Part shown: positions 13,703 to 35,000 of the stretch, in pieces | How the letters are laid out: each line of letters begins with the position of its first letter | Numbering within the stretch: the stretch's first letter is position 1 | Source: the human T2T-CHM13v2.0 reference genome, Homo sapiens | Assembly: GCF_009914755.1 (NCBI RefSeq) | Contig: NC_060945.1 | Strand: one strand, 5' to 3' | DNA length: 64,000 nucleotides | The notes under the pieces: model-generated | The model's input: only the letters and a program-made list of their open reading frames with translations | The model's database searches: none | Told to the model about the DNA's origin: nothing | Made by a program: the position numbers and the translations under genes

Positions 13703-14401
13703 CATCGCAAGGTGTTGGGAGAGCCTCAGCCGGAATTTCACAGACAGACAAGGACAAAGAGAGGCCAGCGGGCTCCCTTGCACATCAGCCAGGGTGCGCA
13801 ATGAGCGCAGGTTTAGCCAGGAGGCTGGCAAAGAGAGCTAGAAGTCTGCGTTCTGCCGCCAGGCGCTCCAAGGTGGTAGCTGGGAGGCTGCAGGGGCACG
13901 GGCGGGCCGACGACGGTGGCTCAGAGGCGCAGAGGAGGTGAGCCGCCGGAGGCGTGTCAGGCCTGGACGCTGCGTGGGCCCAGTGTTTCACGGGACGGGG
14001 GTCTCCACCCTGCCCAGGGGAGGACGCATTTTCCGTGGATGGGGGGTGGGGGTGTGGGGTGTTGGTCAGGCGGGGTTGGGGTGGTGGAAAGGCATGAGAT
14101 CTCTGCCTGGGCTGCTCCCAAAGCCCAGGCGGCTACCCCACAACACGCACTTGCACAGTAGGCGGCCCACCTGCTGGTACCTGGGCTGGCTCTGGGATCC
14201 CCGGGATGCCCAGGAAAGAATGGCTGTTCTCCACTGTGTGGAGCCTCTTACTGGGCCTAGACCTAGAAGGCAGGAATCCCAGGCCGGTCAGCCCGGTTGT
14301 GGGGGCGGGGGAAGACACAACCCTCCATAACCAGCCAGGTGTTCCCTGGGAAAGAGAGGCCACCGCCCTGCCCCGACCCGACCCCGCCCCAACCCCGCGT
14401 C

Positions 14402-15860
<1,459 letters not shown>

Positions 15861-16463
15861 CTGGGAATGCCCACCCCACCCCAGAAGGGTTCCAGGGTGT
15901 CGAGGCCTGCGGCCTGGGGGTGGTGGGGGGGGAGGGCGTGGTGATGTCGCTGGTGAGGCCAGAGACACGAAGAGGAAGGGGGTGAGGGGGAAGGGGTGAG
16001 GTGGGCGCATTTCACGGGCTGGCTCTCCGGACCTCTCCAAGAATCCCACGGGAAATGGAAGCCAATCTCTGGGCTCCCACGCGTCTTCAGCAGGGAGAAA
16101 CCGGCCTGGGAGGGTGGAGGGGAGTGTAAACCTTAACCCCCGTGGGAGTCTTGAGTGTTCCAGACCCTCTCTCCGTGAAGGAGGCAGTGCCTGTGGCAGT
16201 CGCCGTTGCCAGGACAGTCTCACACACCCAGGCGTGTGGCTCTCGTTAATTTCCATGTATGAGACCAGAGTGAGACCCCAGAGAGAAGGTGCCTCCCCAG
16301 CGTGATGACCTGACGATGGATTCCCATGTGCGGCAACATGGGGAGTCTGCAGTGTGGCCGGTTTGGAAACTGGCAAGGAGAGCAAAGGCACCATTCGGGT
16401 CTTCCACCCTTCCCTGCATGTTTCCGGGTGCCCGCAGAGCTCTGGGAGCAAACAGTCAGCATG

Positions 16464-19400
16464 ACACATCTCTGAACTGATCAACAAAGTGATGTAACTC
16501 TTGTCTAGGCTCTGCCTACAGGGGCTTTGTGACATATCTCTGCACTGATCACCCAGGTGATGAGACTTTTGTCTAGGCTCTGCCTATGGGGGCATTGTGA
16601 CATATCTCTACACTGAACACCCAGGTGATGTAACTCTTGTGTTGGATCTGCCTATGGGGTCATTGTGACATATTTCTGCACTGATCACCCAGGTGACGGG
16701 ACTCTTATCTAGGCTCTGTGTATGGGGGCTTTGTGACATCTCTGCATTGATCACCCAGGTGATGTAACGCTTGACTAGGCTCTGCCTACGGTTCATAGTC
16801 ACATATCACTGCATTGATCACCGAGGTGATGTAACTCTTGTCCATGCTCTGCCTATAGGGGTCCTTGTGACATATCTCTGCACTGATGATCTACGTGATG
16901 TAACTCTTGCTTATGCTCTGCCTGCAGGGGCATTGTGAAATATCTCTGCACTGATCACCCAGGTGATGGGACTCTTCTCTAGGCTCTGCCTAATGGGGGC
17001 ATTGTCACATATTTCTGCACTGATCACCCAGGTGATGGACTCTTGTCTTGGATTTGCCTATGGGTGCATTGTGACATATCTCTGCACTGATCACCCAGTT
17101 GATGTAACTCTGGTCTAAGCTCTGCCTAAAGGGGCATTGTGACAGATCTCTGCACTAATCACTCAGGTGATGTAACTATTGTCTGGGCTCTGTTTAAAGG
17201 GGCCTTGTCACATATCTCAGCACTGACCACCCAGGTGATGTAACTCTTGTCTAGCCTCTGCTTACAGAGGTTATTGTGACATATCTCTGCACTGGTCACT
17301 TAATTGATGTAACAATTGTGTAGGCTCTGCCTACAGAGGCATTTTGACATCTCTCTGCACTGTTAACCGAGGTGATGTAACTCTTGTCTAGGCTGTGCCC
17401 ACAGGAGTATTGAGGCATATCTCTGCACTGATCCCGAGGTGATCCAACTCTTGCCTGGTCTCTGCCTACTGGGGACATTGTGACATATCGCTGCACTGAT
17501 CTGCCAAGTGTGTAACTTTAGTCTAGCCTCTGGCTACACGGCATTGTGACAGATCTCTGCACTGCTGACCCAGGTGATATAACTCTCGTCTGGGCTCTGC
17601 CTACAGGGGGCTTTTGACATATCTCTGCACTGATCTCCCAGGTGATGTAACTCTTTTCTAGGATCTGCCTACAGGGTGCTTTGTGACATATCCCTACAAT
17701 GATCACCCAGGTGAGGTACCACTTGTCAAGGCTCTGCCTACAGGGACATTGCGATGTGTCTCTGCACTGATCACCTAGGTCATGTAACTCTTGTTTAGGC
17801 TCTGCCTACAGTGGCATTGTGACATATCTCAGCACTGATCATTCAAGTGATGTAACTATTGTCTAGGATCTGCCTAACGGGATTTTGTGACATAACTCTG
17901 CACTGATCATCCAGGTGATGGGACTTTTATCTAGGCTCTGCCTAAGGGGGCATTGTGACATATATCTGCACTGATCACACAGGTGACGGGCCCTTGTCTT
18001 AGATCTGTCTATGAGGGCATAGTGACATATCTCTGCACTGATCACTCATGTGATGTAACGGTTTTTAAGCTGCGCCTAAAGGGGAATTGTGACAGATATC
18101 TCCACTGCTCACCCAGGTTATGTAACAATTTTCTGGGATTTTTCTACAGGGGGCTTTGTGACATATCTCTGCACTGATCACCCAGGTGATGTAACTCTTG
18201 TCTAGGCTCCACCTACAGGGATTATTGTGACGTATCTCTGCTCTGATCACCCAGGTGATGTAACATTTATCTAGGCTCTCCCTACAGGGGCGTTTTGACA
18301 TAGCTGTGCACAGATCAACTAAGTTATGTAACTCTTGTTCACTCTCTGCCTACAGGGGGCATTGTGAAATATCTCTGCACTGATCACCCAGGTGATGGGA
18401 CTCTTCTCTATACTCTGCCTACGGGGGATTTGTGACATATCTCTGCACTGATCACCCAGGTAATGGAAGTCTTGTCTAGGCTCTGTCTATCTTGACATTG
18501 TATCAAATATCTGCACTGATCACCCAGGTGATGTAACTCTTTCCTAGGCTCGGTCTACAGTGATTTTTTTGACATATCACTGCACTGATCGCCTAGGTGA
18601 TGTAAGCCTTGTATGGGCTTTGCCTACAGAAGGCTTTGTGACATATCTCTGCACTGATCTCTGAGGTGATGCAACTCTTGTCTAGGCACTGCCTTCAGGG
18701 TACATTGGTACATATCTCTACACTGATCACCCAGGTGATGGACTGTTGTCTTAGATCTGCCTACATGGACATTGTGACCCATCTCTGACCTGATCAACCA
18801 AGTGATGAAACTCTTGTCTAGGCTCTGCGTACAGGGGCTTTGTGACACATCTCTACACTGATCACCCTGGGGAGGAAACTCTTGGCTACGCTCTGCCTAC
18901 AGGAGGCTTTATGCCTTATACCTGCACTGATAACCTAGGTGATGTAACACTTGTCTAGACTCTGCCTTCACCGGAATTCTCACATATCTCTGCACTGATC
19001 ACACAAGTGATGTAACTCCTATCTAGGTTCAGCCTTCAGGAGCGTTTTGACATATCTCTGCACTGATCACCCAGGTGATGTAACCCTTGTCTAAGCTCTG
19101 CCTACAGGGGCATTGTGACAGATCTCTCCACTGCTCACCCAGGTGATGTAACAACTGTCTGGGCTTTGCCTACAGGGGGCTTTGTGATATACATTTCCAC
19201 TGATCAAACAGGTGATGTAACACTTGTCAAGGTTCTGCTTACAGGGGCTTTGTGACATATCTCTGCTCTGATCAACCTAGGGAGGAAACACTTGACTGCA
19301 CTCTGCATAGAGGGGACTTTACGACTTATCACTGCGCTGATTACAAGGTGATGTAACACTTGTCTAGGCTCTGTCTACACGTTAATTTTCATATATCTCT

Positions 19401-19656
19401 ACACTGATCACCTAAGTGATGTAACCCTTGTCTAGGTTCAGCCTTTTGGGGATTTCTGACATACCTATGCACAGATCACCGAGGTGATGTAAATCATTTC
19501 CAGGCTTTTTGTACAGGGGACATTGTGATATATCTCTGCACTGATCACCGAAATGATGCAAATCTTCTCTAGGCTCCGCAGGGAGGGGGCATTGTGACAT
19601 ATTTCTGAACTGATCATCCAGGAGATGTAACTATTCTCCAGGCTTTGACTAAAGAG
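16464..19656 (-). repeat. Beta satellite block 2
   Basis: Tandem 68-bp monomers, same orientation as block 1. Confidence 0.96.
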
Positions 19657-22424
<2,768 letters not shown>

Positions 22425-25400
22425 ACACACCTCTGAACTGATCAACAAAGTGATGTAACTCTTGTCTAGGCTCTGCCTACAGGGGCTTTGTGACATATCT
22501 CTGCACTGATCACCCAGGTGATGGAACTTTTGTCTGGGCTCTGCCTATGGGGACATTGTGACATATCTCTACACTGATCACCCAGGTGATGTAACTACTG
22601 TGTTGGATCTGCCTATGGGGACATTGTGACATATTTCTTCACTGATCACCCACGTGATGGGACCCTTGTCTAGGCTCTGTGTATGGGGGCATTGTGACAT
22701 ATCTCTGCACAGATCACCCAGGTGATGTAACGCTTTACTAGCCTCTGCCTACGGGGCATAGTGACATATCACTGCATTGATCACCGAGGTGATATAACTC
22801 TTCTCTAGAATCTGACTACAGAGTGCTTTGTGACATATCCCTGCAATGATCACCCAGGTGATATACCACTTGTCAAGGCTCTGCCTACAGGGGCATTGCG
22901 ATGTATCTCTGCACTGATCACCTAGGTCATGTAACTCTTGTCTAGGCTCTGCCTACAGTGGCATTGTGACATATCTCTGCACTGATCACCCAGGTGATGT
23001 AACTCTTTTCCAGGCTCTGAGTATAGGGGGCCTTGTGACATATCTCTGCACTGATCATCTAGGTAAAGTAACTCTTGTCTACCCTCTGCCCAAAGGGGGC
23101 ATTGTGAAATATCTCTGCACTGATCACACAGGTGAAGGGACTCTTCTCTAGGCTCTGCCTACTGGGGGCATTCTCACATATTTCTGAACTGATCACCCAG
23201 GTGACGGACTCTTGTCTTGGATTTGCCTATGGGGGCATTGTGACATATCTCCGCACTGATCACCCAGGTGTTGTAACTCTGGTCTAATCTCTGACTAAAG
23301 GGGCATTGTGACAGATCTCTGCATTGATCACTCAGGTGATGTAACTATTGTCTAGGCTGTGCTTAAAGGGGCCTTGTCACATATCTCTGCACTGATCACC
23401 CAGGTGATGTAACTGTTGCCTAGGCTCTGCTTACAGGGCGTATTTTGACATATCTCTGCACTGATCACCTAAGTGATGTAACACTTGTGTAGGCTCTTCC
23501 TACAGGGGCATTTTGACATATCTCTGCACTGTTAACCGAGGTAATGTAACTCTTGTCTAGGCTGTGCCCACTGGGGGATTGACATATATCTCTGCACTGA
23601 TCCTGAAGTGATCCAACTCTTGCCTGGTCTCTGCCCACTGGGGACATTGTGACATATCTCTGCACTGATCTCCCAGGAGCTATTGCTTTATTCTAGGCTT
23701 TGGCTACACGGCACTGTCACATATCACTGCACTGATCACCCAGATGATATAACTCTTGTCTAGGCTCTGCCAACAGGGGGCTTTTGACATATCTCTGCAC
23801 TTATCACCCAGGTGATATAACTATACTCTAGGATCTGACTACAGGGTGCTTTGTGACATATCCCTGCAATGATCACCCAGGTGATATACCACTTGTCAAG
23901 GCTCTGCCTACAAGGACATTGCGATGTATCTCTGCACTGATCACCTAGGTCATGTAACTATTGTCTAGGCTCTGCCCACACTTGAATTCTCACATATGTC
24001 TGCACTGATTACCCAGTTGATGTAACTCCTGTCTAGGTTCAGCCTACAGGAGCGTTTTGACATATCTCTGCACTGATCATCCCGGTTTTGGGGCATTTTT
24101 CTAGGCTCTGCCTAAGGGGGCATTGTGACATATCTCTGCACTGATCACCCAGGTGATGTTACTGTTGTATAAGCCCTGCCTACAGGGGAATTTTGAGAGA
24201 TATCGCCACTGATCCCCCAACTGATGTAACTATTGTCTAGGCTTTGCCTACAGGGGGCTTTGTGACATAATTTTGCACTGATCACGCAGGTGATGTAACT
24301 CATCTAAGTTCTGCCTACAGGAGCTTTGTCACATATCTCTGCACTGATCACTTTGGTTATGTAACACTTTTGTAAGCACTGCCTAAAGGGAATTTTCACA
24401 AATCTCTGCACTGATCACCTAGGTGATGTAACTCTTGTCTACCATCTGCCCAAAGGGGGCATTATGAAATATCTCTGCACTGATCACTTTGGTGATGTAA
24501 CACTTTTGTAAGCACTGCCTAAAGGGAATTTTCACAAATCTCTGCACTGATCACCTAGGTGATGTAACTCTTGTCTACTATCTGCCCAAAGGGGGCATAT
24601 GAAATATCTCTGCACTGATCACCCAGTTGATTCAACTCTAGTCTAGGATCTGCCTACAGAGGTGTTTTCACATATCCTTGAAGTGATGACAAACGTGATG
24701 TAACTCATGCCTAGACTTTACCTACAGGGGACATTGTGACATATCTCTGCACTGATCACCCAGGAGATGCAACTCTTCTCTCTGCTCTGCCTACAGGGGA
24801 CATTGTGACGTATCTTTGCACTGATAAACCAGGTGGTGTAACACTGGACGAAGCTCAGCCTAAAGGGGCATTGTGAAAAATCTCTGCACTGATCACTCAG
24901 GTGATGTAACTATTGTCTAGGCTATGCTTAAAGGGGCCTTGTCACATATCTCTGCACTGATCACCCAGGTGATGTAACTCTTGTCTAGGCTCTGCTTACA
25001 GGATGTATTGTGACATATCTCTGCAATGATCACCTAAGTGATGTAACACTTGTGTAGGCTCTGCCTACAGGGACATTTTGACATATCTCTGCAGTGTTAA
25101 CCGAGGTGATGTAACCCTTCTCTAGGTTGTGTCCACAGGGGGATTGAGGCATATCTCTGCACTGATTCCTAGGTGATCCAACACTTGCCTGGTATCTGCC
25201 TACTGGGGACATTGTGATATCTCTCTGCACTGATCTCTCAGGTGTTGTAACTTTAGTCTAGGCTCTGCCTACAGGGCATTGTGACATATCACTGCACTTA
25301 TCACCCAGGTGATATAACTCTTGGTTAGGCTCTGCCTACAGTGGCATTGTGACATATCTCTGCACTGATCATCCAGGTGATGTAACTCTTTTCTAGGATC

Positions 25401-28400
25401 TGCCTACAGGGTGCTTTGTGACATAACCCTGCAATGATCACCCAGGTGATGTACCACTTGTCAAGGCTCTGCCTACAGGGACATTGCTATGTATCTCTGC
25501 ACTGATCACCTAGGTCATGTAACTCTTGTTTAGGCTCTGCCTACAGTGGCATTGTGACATATCTCTACAATGATCATCCAAGTGATGTAACCCTTGTCTA
25601 GGATCTGCCTAAAGGGACTTTGTGACATAACTCTGCACTGATCATCCAGGTGATGGGGCTTTTGTCTAGGCTCTGCCTAAGGGGGCATTGTGACATACTT
25701 CTGCACTGATCACCCAGGTGAGGGAATCTTCTCTTGGATCTGCCTATGGGGGCATTGTGACATAAATCTGCACTGATCACCCAGGGGATGTAACTGTTGT
25801 ATAAGCTCAGCCTACAGGGGAATTGTGAAAGATCTCGCCACTGATCACCCAAGTGATGTAACTATTGTCTAGGCTTTGCCTACAGGGGGTTTTGTGACAT
25901 ACCTTTGCACTGATCACCCAGGAGATGTAACTCATCTAAGTTCTACCTACAGGAGCTTTGTGACATATCTCTGCACTGATCACTTAGGTGATGTAACACT
26001 TTTATAAGCTCTGCCTACAGGGAATTTTGACAAATCCCTGCACGGATCACCTAGGTGATGTAAATCTTGTCTACCCTCTCGCCCAAAGGGGGTATTGTGA
26101 AATACCTCTGCACTGATCACCCAGGTGATTCAACTGTTATCTAGGATCTGCCTACAGGGGGTATTGTGAAATATATCTGCACTGATCAACTAGGTGATGT
26201 AACCCTTATCTATGTGATGCCTACAGGGGCCTTTTCACATATCCCTGACCTGATGACAAAGGTGATGTAACTCTTGCCTAGGCTTTGCCAACAGGGGACA
26301 TTGTGACATATCTCTGCACTGATCACCCAGGTGATGCAACTCTTCTCTATGCTCTGCCTACAGGGGGCATTGTGACATATCTCTGCACTGATCACCCAGG
26401 TGATGTAACTCTTTTCTAGTCTCTGCCTACAGAGGGCGTTGTGACATCACTCTGCACGGATCACCCGGGTTATGTAACCCTTGTCTAGGCTCTGCCCATG
26501 GGGGCATTGTGACTTACCTCTGCACTCATCACCCAGGAGATGTGACTCTTTTCTAAGCTGTGCCTGGAGGGACATTGGGACATATCTCTGCACTGACCGG
26601 TGAGGTGATGTAAAACTTGTCTAGGCTTTGCCTACAGTGGGATTTATGACATATCTCTGCACTGATCACCCAGGTGATGTAACTCTTGTCTTAGCTCTGC
26701 TTACACGGGGTATTGTGAGATATCTCTGCACTGATCACCCAGGTGATGTAACTCTTGTCTAGGCTCTGTCTACAGGGGCATTTTAACATATCACTGCACT
26801 GATCACCGAGATGATGTAACCCTTGTATAGGCTTCGCCGACAGGGGGCATTGAGACATATCTCTGCCCTGATCACCGAGGTGATGCGACTCTTGTCTGGG
26901 ATCTGCTTCCAGGGGGCATTGTGACATATCTCTGCCCTGATCAACCAGGTGATGTAACTCTTGTCTAGGCTCTGCCTACTGGAGACATTGTGACATATCT
27001 CCGCACTTATCACCCAGGTGATATCACTTTTCTCAAGGATATGGCTACACGGACATTGTGACATGTCACTGCACTGATCTCACAGCTGATGTAACTCTTA
27101 TCTAGACTCTGGCTACATGGGGTTTGTGACACATCTCTGCACTGATCACCCATGTGTTGTAACCCTTGTCTAGGCTCTGCCAAAAAGGGGCATTGTGACA
27201 TAACTCTGCACTGATCCCCCAGGTGATGGGACTCTTGTCTAGGCTCTGCCTACATGGGCATTGTGACATATCTCTGCAGTGATCACGCAGGTTATGTAAC
27301 TCTTGTTTATATCTGCCTACTGGCGGCATTGTGACATATTTCTGCACTGATCACCCAGGTGATGGACTCTTGTCTTGGATCTGCCTATGGGCCATAGTGA
27401 CATATCTCTGCACTGATCACTCATGTGGTATAACACTTATGTAAACTGCGCCTAAATGGGAATTGTGACAGATATCTCCAGTGATCACCCAGGTGATGTA
27501 ACAATTTTCTGGGATTTGTCTCCAGGGGGCTTTGTGACATATCTTTGCACTGATCACCCAGGAGATGTAATTCTTGTCTAGGCTCGGCCTACAGGGGCCT
27601 TGTGTCATATTTCTGCACTGATCATCCAGGTGATATAACTCTTGTTTAGGCTCTGCCTACAGGGGATTTTGTCATATTTCTGCACTGATCACCCACGTGA
27701 TGTAACTCTTTTTTAGGCTCTGCCTACAGGGGCTTTGTGATATATCTCTGCACTGATCACCCAGGTGATGTAACTCTTGTCTAGGCTCCACCTACAAGGG
27801 GTATTGTGACGTATCTCTGCACTGATCACTCAGGTGATGTAACTGTTGTCTAGGCTCCACCTACAGGGTTTATTGTGACGTCTCTATGCACTGATCACTC
27901 AGGTGATGTAACGTTTATCCAGGCTCTGCCTACTGGGGCGTTTTGACATAGCTCTGCACAGATCTCCTAGGTTATGTAACTCTTGTCCACTCTCTGCCTA
28001 CAGTGGGCATTGTGAAATATCTCTGCACTGATCACCCAGGTGATGGGACTCTTCTCTATACTCTGCCTAGAGGGGGATTTGTGACATATCTGTGCACTGA
28101 TCACACAGGTGATGGAAGTCTTGTCTAGGCTCTGTCTATGGGGACATTGTGTCAAATATCTGCTCTGATCACCCATGTGATGTAACTCTTGTCTAGGCTC
28201 TGTCTACAGGGATTTTTGTGACATGTCACTGTGCTGATCACCTAGGTGATGTAAGCCTTGTATGGGCGTTGCCTACAGAAGGCTTTGTGACATATCTCTT
28301 CACTGATCTCTGAGGTCATGCAACTCTTGTCTAGGCACTGCCTACAGAGGACATTGGTACATAAACTGCACTGATCACCCAGGTGAGGACTCTTGTCTTA

Positions 28401-29303
28401 GATCTGCCTACATGGACATTGTGACACATCTCTGAACTGATCAACCAAGTGATGAAACTCTTGTCTAGTTTCTGCCTACAGGGGCTTTGTGACACATCTC
28501 TGCACTGATCACCCTGGGGAGGGAACTTTTGTCTACGCTCTGCCTACAGGAGGCTTTATGACTTATGCCTGCACTGATAACCTAGGTGATGTAACACTTG
28601 TCTAGGCTCTGACTACATGGGAATTCTCACATATCTCTGCACTGATCACCCGGGTGATGTAACTCCTGTCTAGGTTCAGCCTACAGGAGCGTTTGGACAT
28701 ATCTCTGCACTGATCACCCAGGTGATGTAACCCTTGTCTAAGCTCTGCCTACAGGGTCATTGTGACAGATCTCTCCACTGCTCACCCAGGTGATGTAACA
28801 ATTGTCCAGGCTTGCCCTACAGGGGCCTTTGTGATATACATTTGCACTGATCAAACAGGTGATGTAACCCTTGTCAAGGTTCTGCTTACAGGGGCTTTGT
28901 GACATATCTCTGCACTGAACACCCCAGGGAGGAAACACTTGTCTACACTCTGCCTATAGGAGGCTTTATGACTTATCCCTTCACTGATCCCTAGGTGATG
29001 TAACACTTGTCTAGGCTCTGTCTACACGGGAATTTTCACATACCTCTACACTGATAACCTAAGTGATGTAACCCTTGTCTAGGTTCAGCCTACTGGGGAT
29101 TTCTGACATACCTATGCACTGATCCCCGAGGTGATGTAAATCATTTCCAGGCTTTTTGTACAGGGGACATTGTGATATATCTCTGCACTGATCACCCAAA
29201 TGATGCAAATCTTCTCTAGGCTCCACAGGAAGGGGGCATTGTGACATATTTCTGAACTGATCATCCAGGAGATGTAACTATTCTCCAGGCTTTGACTAAA
29301 GAG
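22425..29303 (-). repeat. Beta satellite block 3
   Basis: Tandem 68-bp monomers with internal multi-monomer duplications. Confidence 0.96.
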
Positions 29304-32063
<2,760 letters not shown>

Positions 32064-35000
32064 ACACATCTCTGAACTGATCAACAAAGTGATGTAACCC
32101 TTGTCTAGGCTCTGCTACAGGGGCTTTGTGATATATCTCTGCACTGATCACCCAGGTGATGGGACTTTTGTCTAGGCTCTGCCTATGGGGGCATTGTGAC
32201 ATATCTCTACACTGATCACCCAGGTGATGTAACTCTTGTGTTGGATCTGCCTATGGGGACATTGTGACATATTTCTGCACTGATCACCCAGGTGATGGGA
32301 CTCTTGTCTATGCTCTGTGTATGGGGGCTTTGTGACATATCTCTGCACTGATCACCCAGGTTATGTAACGCTTGACTAGGCTCTGCCTATGGGGCATAGT
32401 GACATATCACTGCATTGATCACGAAGGTGATGAAACTCTTGTCCAAGCTCTGCCTATAGGGGGCCTTGTGACATATCTCTGCACTGATCATCTAGGTGAT
32501 GTAACGCTTGCTTACGCTCTGCCTGCAGGGGCATTGTGAAATATCTCTGCACTGATCACCCAGGTGATGGGACTCTTCTCTAGGCTCTGCCTACTGGGGG
32601 CATAGTCACATATTTCTGCACTGATCACCCAGGTGACCGACTCTTGTCTTGGATTTGCCTATGGGGGCATTGTGAAATATCTCTGCACTGATAACCCAGG
32701 AGATGTAACCCTGGTCTAAGCTCTGCCTAAAGGGGCATTGTGAAAGATGTCTGCACTGATCACTCAGGTGATGTAAGTATTGTCTAGGTTCTGCTTAAAG
32801 GGGCCTTGTCACATATCTCTGCAGTGATCACCCAGGTGGTGAAACTCTTGTCTAGGCTCTGCTAACAGGGGCTATTGTGACATATCTCTGCACTGATCAC
32901 CTGAGTGATGTAACACTTGTGTAGGCTCTGCCTACAGGGGCATTTTGACATATCTCGGCACTGTTAACCAAGGTGATGTAACTCTTGTCTAGGCTGTGGC
33001 CACAGGGGGATTGAGACATATCTCTGCACTGATCCCTAGGTGATCCAACTCTTGCCTGGTCTATGCCTACTGCGGACATTGTGACATATCTCTGCACTGA
33101 TCTCCCAGGTGCTGTAACTTTAGTCTAGGCTCTGGCTACACGGCATTGTGACATATCACTGCACTGAGCACCCAGGTGATATAACTCTTTTCTAGGCTCT
33201 GCCTACAGGAGGCTTATGACATATCTCTGCACTGATCATCCAGGTGATATAACTCTTCTCTAGCATCTGCCTACAGGGTGCTTTGTCACATATCCCTGCA
33301 ATGATCACCCTGGGGATATACCAATTGTCCAGGCTCTGCCTACAGGGGCATTGCGATGTATCTCTGCACTGATCACCTAGGTCATGTAACTCTTGTTTAG
33401 GCTCTGCCTACAGTGGCATTGTGACATATCTCTGGACTGATCACCCAGGTGATGTAACTCTTTTCTAGGATCTGCCTACAGTTGGCTTTGTGACATATCC
33501 CTGCAATGATCACCCAGGTGATGTACCACTTGTCAAGGCTCTGCCTACAGGGACATTGCGATGTATCTCTGCACTGATCACCTAGGTCATGTAACCCTTG
33601 TCTAGGCTCTGCCTGCAGTGGCATTGTGACATATCTCTGCACTGATCATCCAAGTGATGTAACACTTGTCTAGGATCTGCCTAAAGTGACTTTGTGACAT
33701 AATGCTGTACTGATCATCCAGGTGATGGGGCTTTTGTCTAGGCTCTGCTTAAGGGGGCATTGTGACATATTTCTGCACTGATCACCCAGGTGATGCAACA
33801 CTTTTCTAGTCTCTGCCTACAGAGGGCTTTGTGACATTACTCTGCATGAACACCCAGGTGATGGGACATTTGTATACGCTCCGCCTATGGGGGCATTGTG
33901 ACATATCTCTACACGGATCACCCAGGTGATGTAACTCTTGTGTTGGATCTGCCTATGGGGGCATTGTGACATATTTCTGCACTGATCACCCAGGTGAAGG
34001 GAATCTTGTGTATGCTCTGTGTATGGGGGCTTTGTGACATATCTCTGCACTGATCACCCAGGTGGTGTAACGCTTGACTAGGCTCTGCCTACGGGGCATA
34101 GTGACATATAACTGCATTGGTCACCGAGGTGATGTAACTCTTGTCCAGGCTCTGCCTATTGGGGGGCTTGTGACATATCTCTGCACTGATCATCCAGGTT
34201 ATGCAACTGTTGCTTACGCTCTGCATGCAGGGGCATTGTGACGTATCTCTGTACTGATCACCCAGGTGATGGGACTCTTCTCTAGGCTCTGCCTACTGGG
34301 AGCATTGTCACATATTTCTGCACTCATCACCCAGGTGACGGATTCTTGTCTTGGATTTCCCTTTAGGGGCGTTGTGACATATCTCTGCACTGATCACCCA
34401 GGTGATGTAACTCTGGTCTAAGCTCTGCCTAAAGAGACATTGTGACAGATCTCTCCACTGATCAATCAGGTGATGTAACTATTGTCTATGCTCTGCTTAA
34501 AGGTGCCTTGTCACATATCTCTGCACTGATCACACAGGTGATGTAACTATTCCGTAGGCTCTGCTTACAGGGGGTGTTTTGACATATCTCTGCACTGATC
34601 ACCTAAGTGATGTAACACATGTGTAGGCTCTGCCTACAGGGACATTGCAATGTATCTCTGCATTGATCACCTGGGTCATGTAACTCTTATCTAGGCTCTT
34701 CCTACAGGGGCATTGTGATAAATCTCTGCAGTGATCACGCAGGTGATGTAACTCTTGTCTATATCTGCCTACTGGCGGCATTGTGGCATATTTCTGCACT
34801 GATCACCCAGGTGATGGACTCTTGTCTTTGATCTGCCTATGGGGTCATAGTGACACATCTCTGCTCTGATCACTCATGTGATGTAACACTCGTCTATGCT
34901 GCGCCTAAAGGGGAATTTTGACAGATATCTCCACTGATCACCCAGGTGATGTAACAAATTTCTGGGATTTGTCTACAGGGGGCTTTCTGACATATCTTTC

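Noticed and set aside
15910-16010. G-run clusters with G-quadruplex potential
   Set aside because: They are expected from the GC-rich LSau/D4Z4 sequence, and nothing is specific to this locus.
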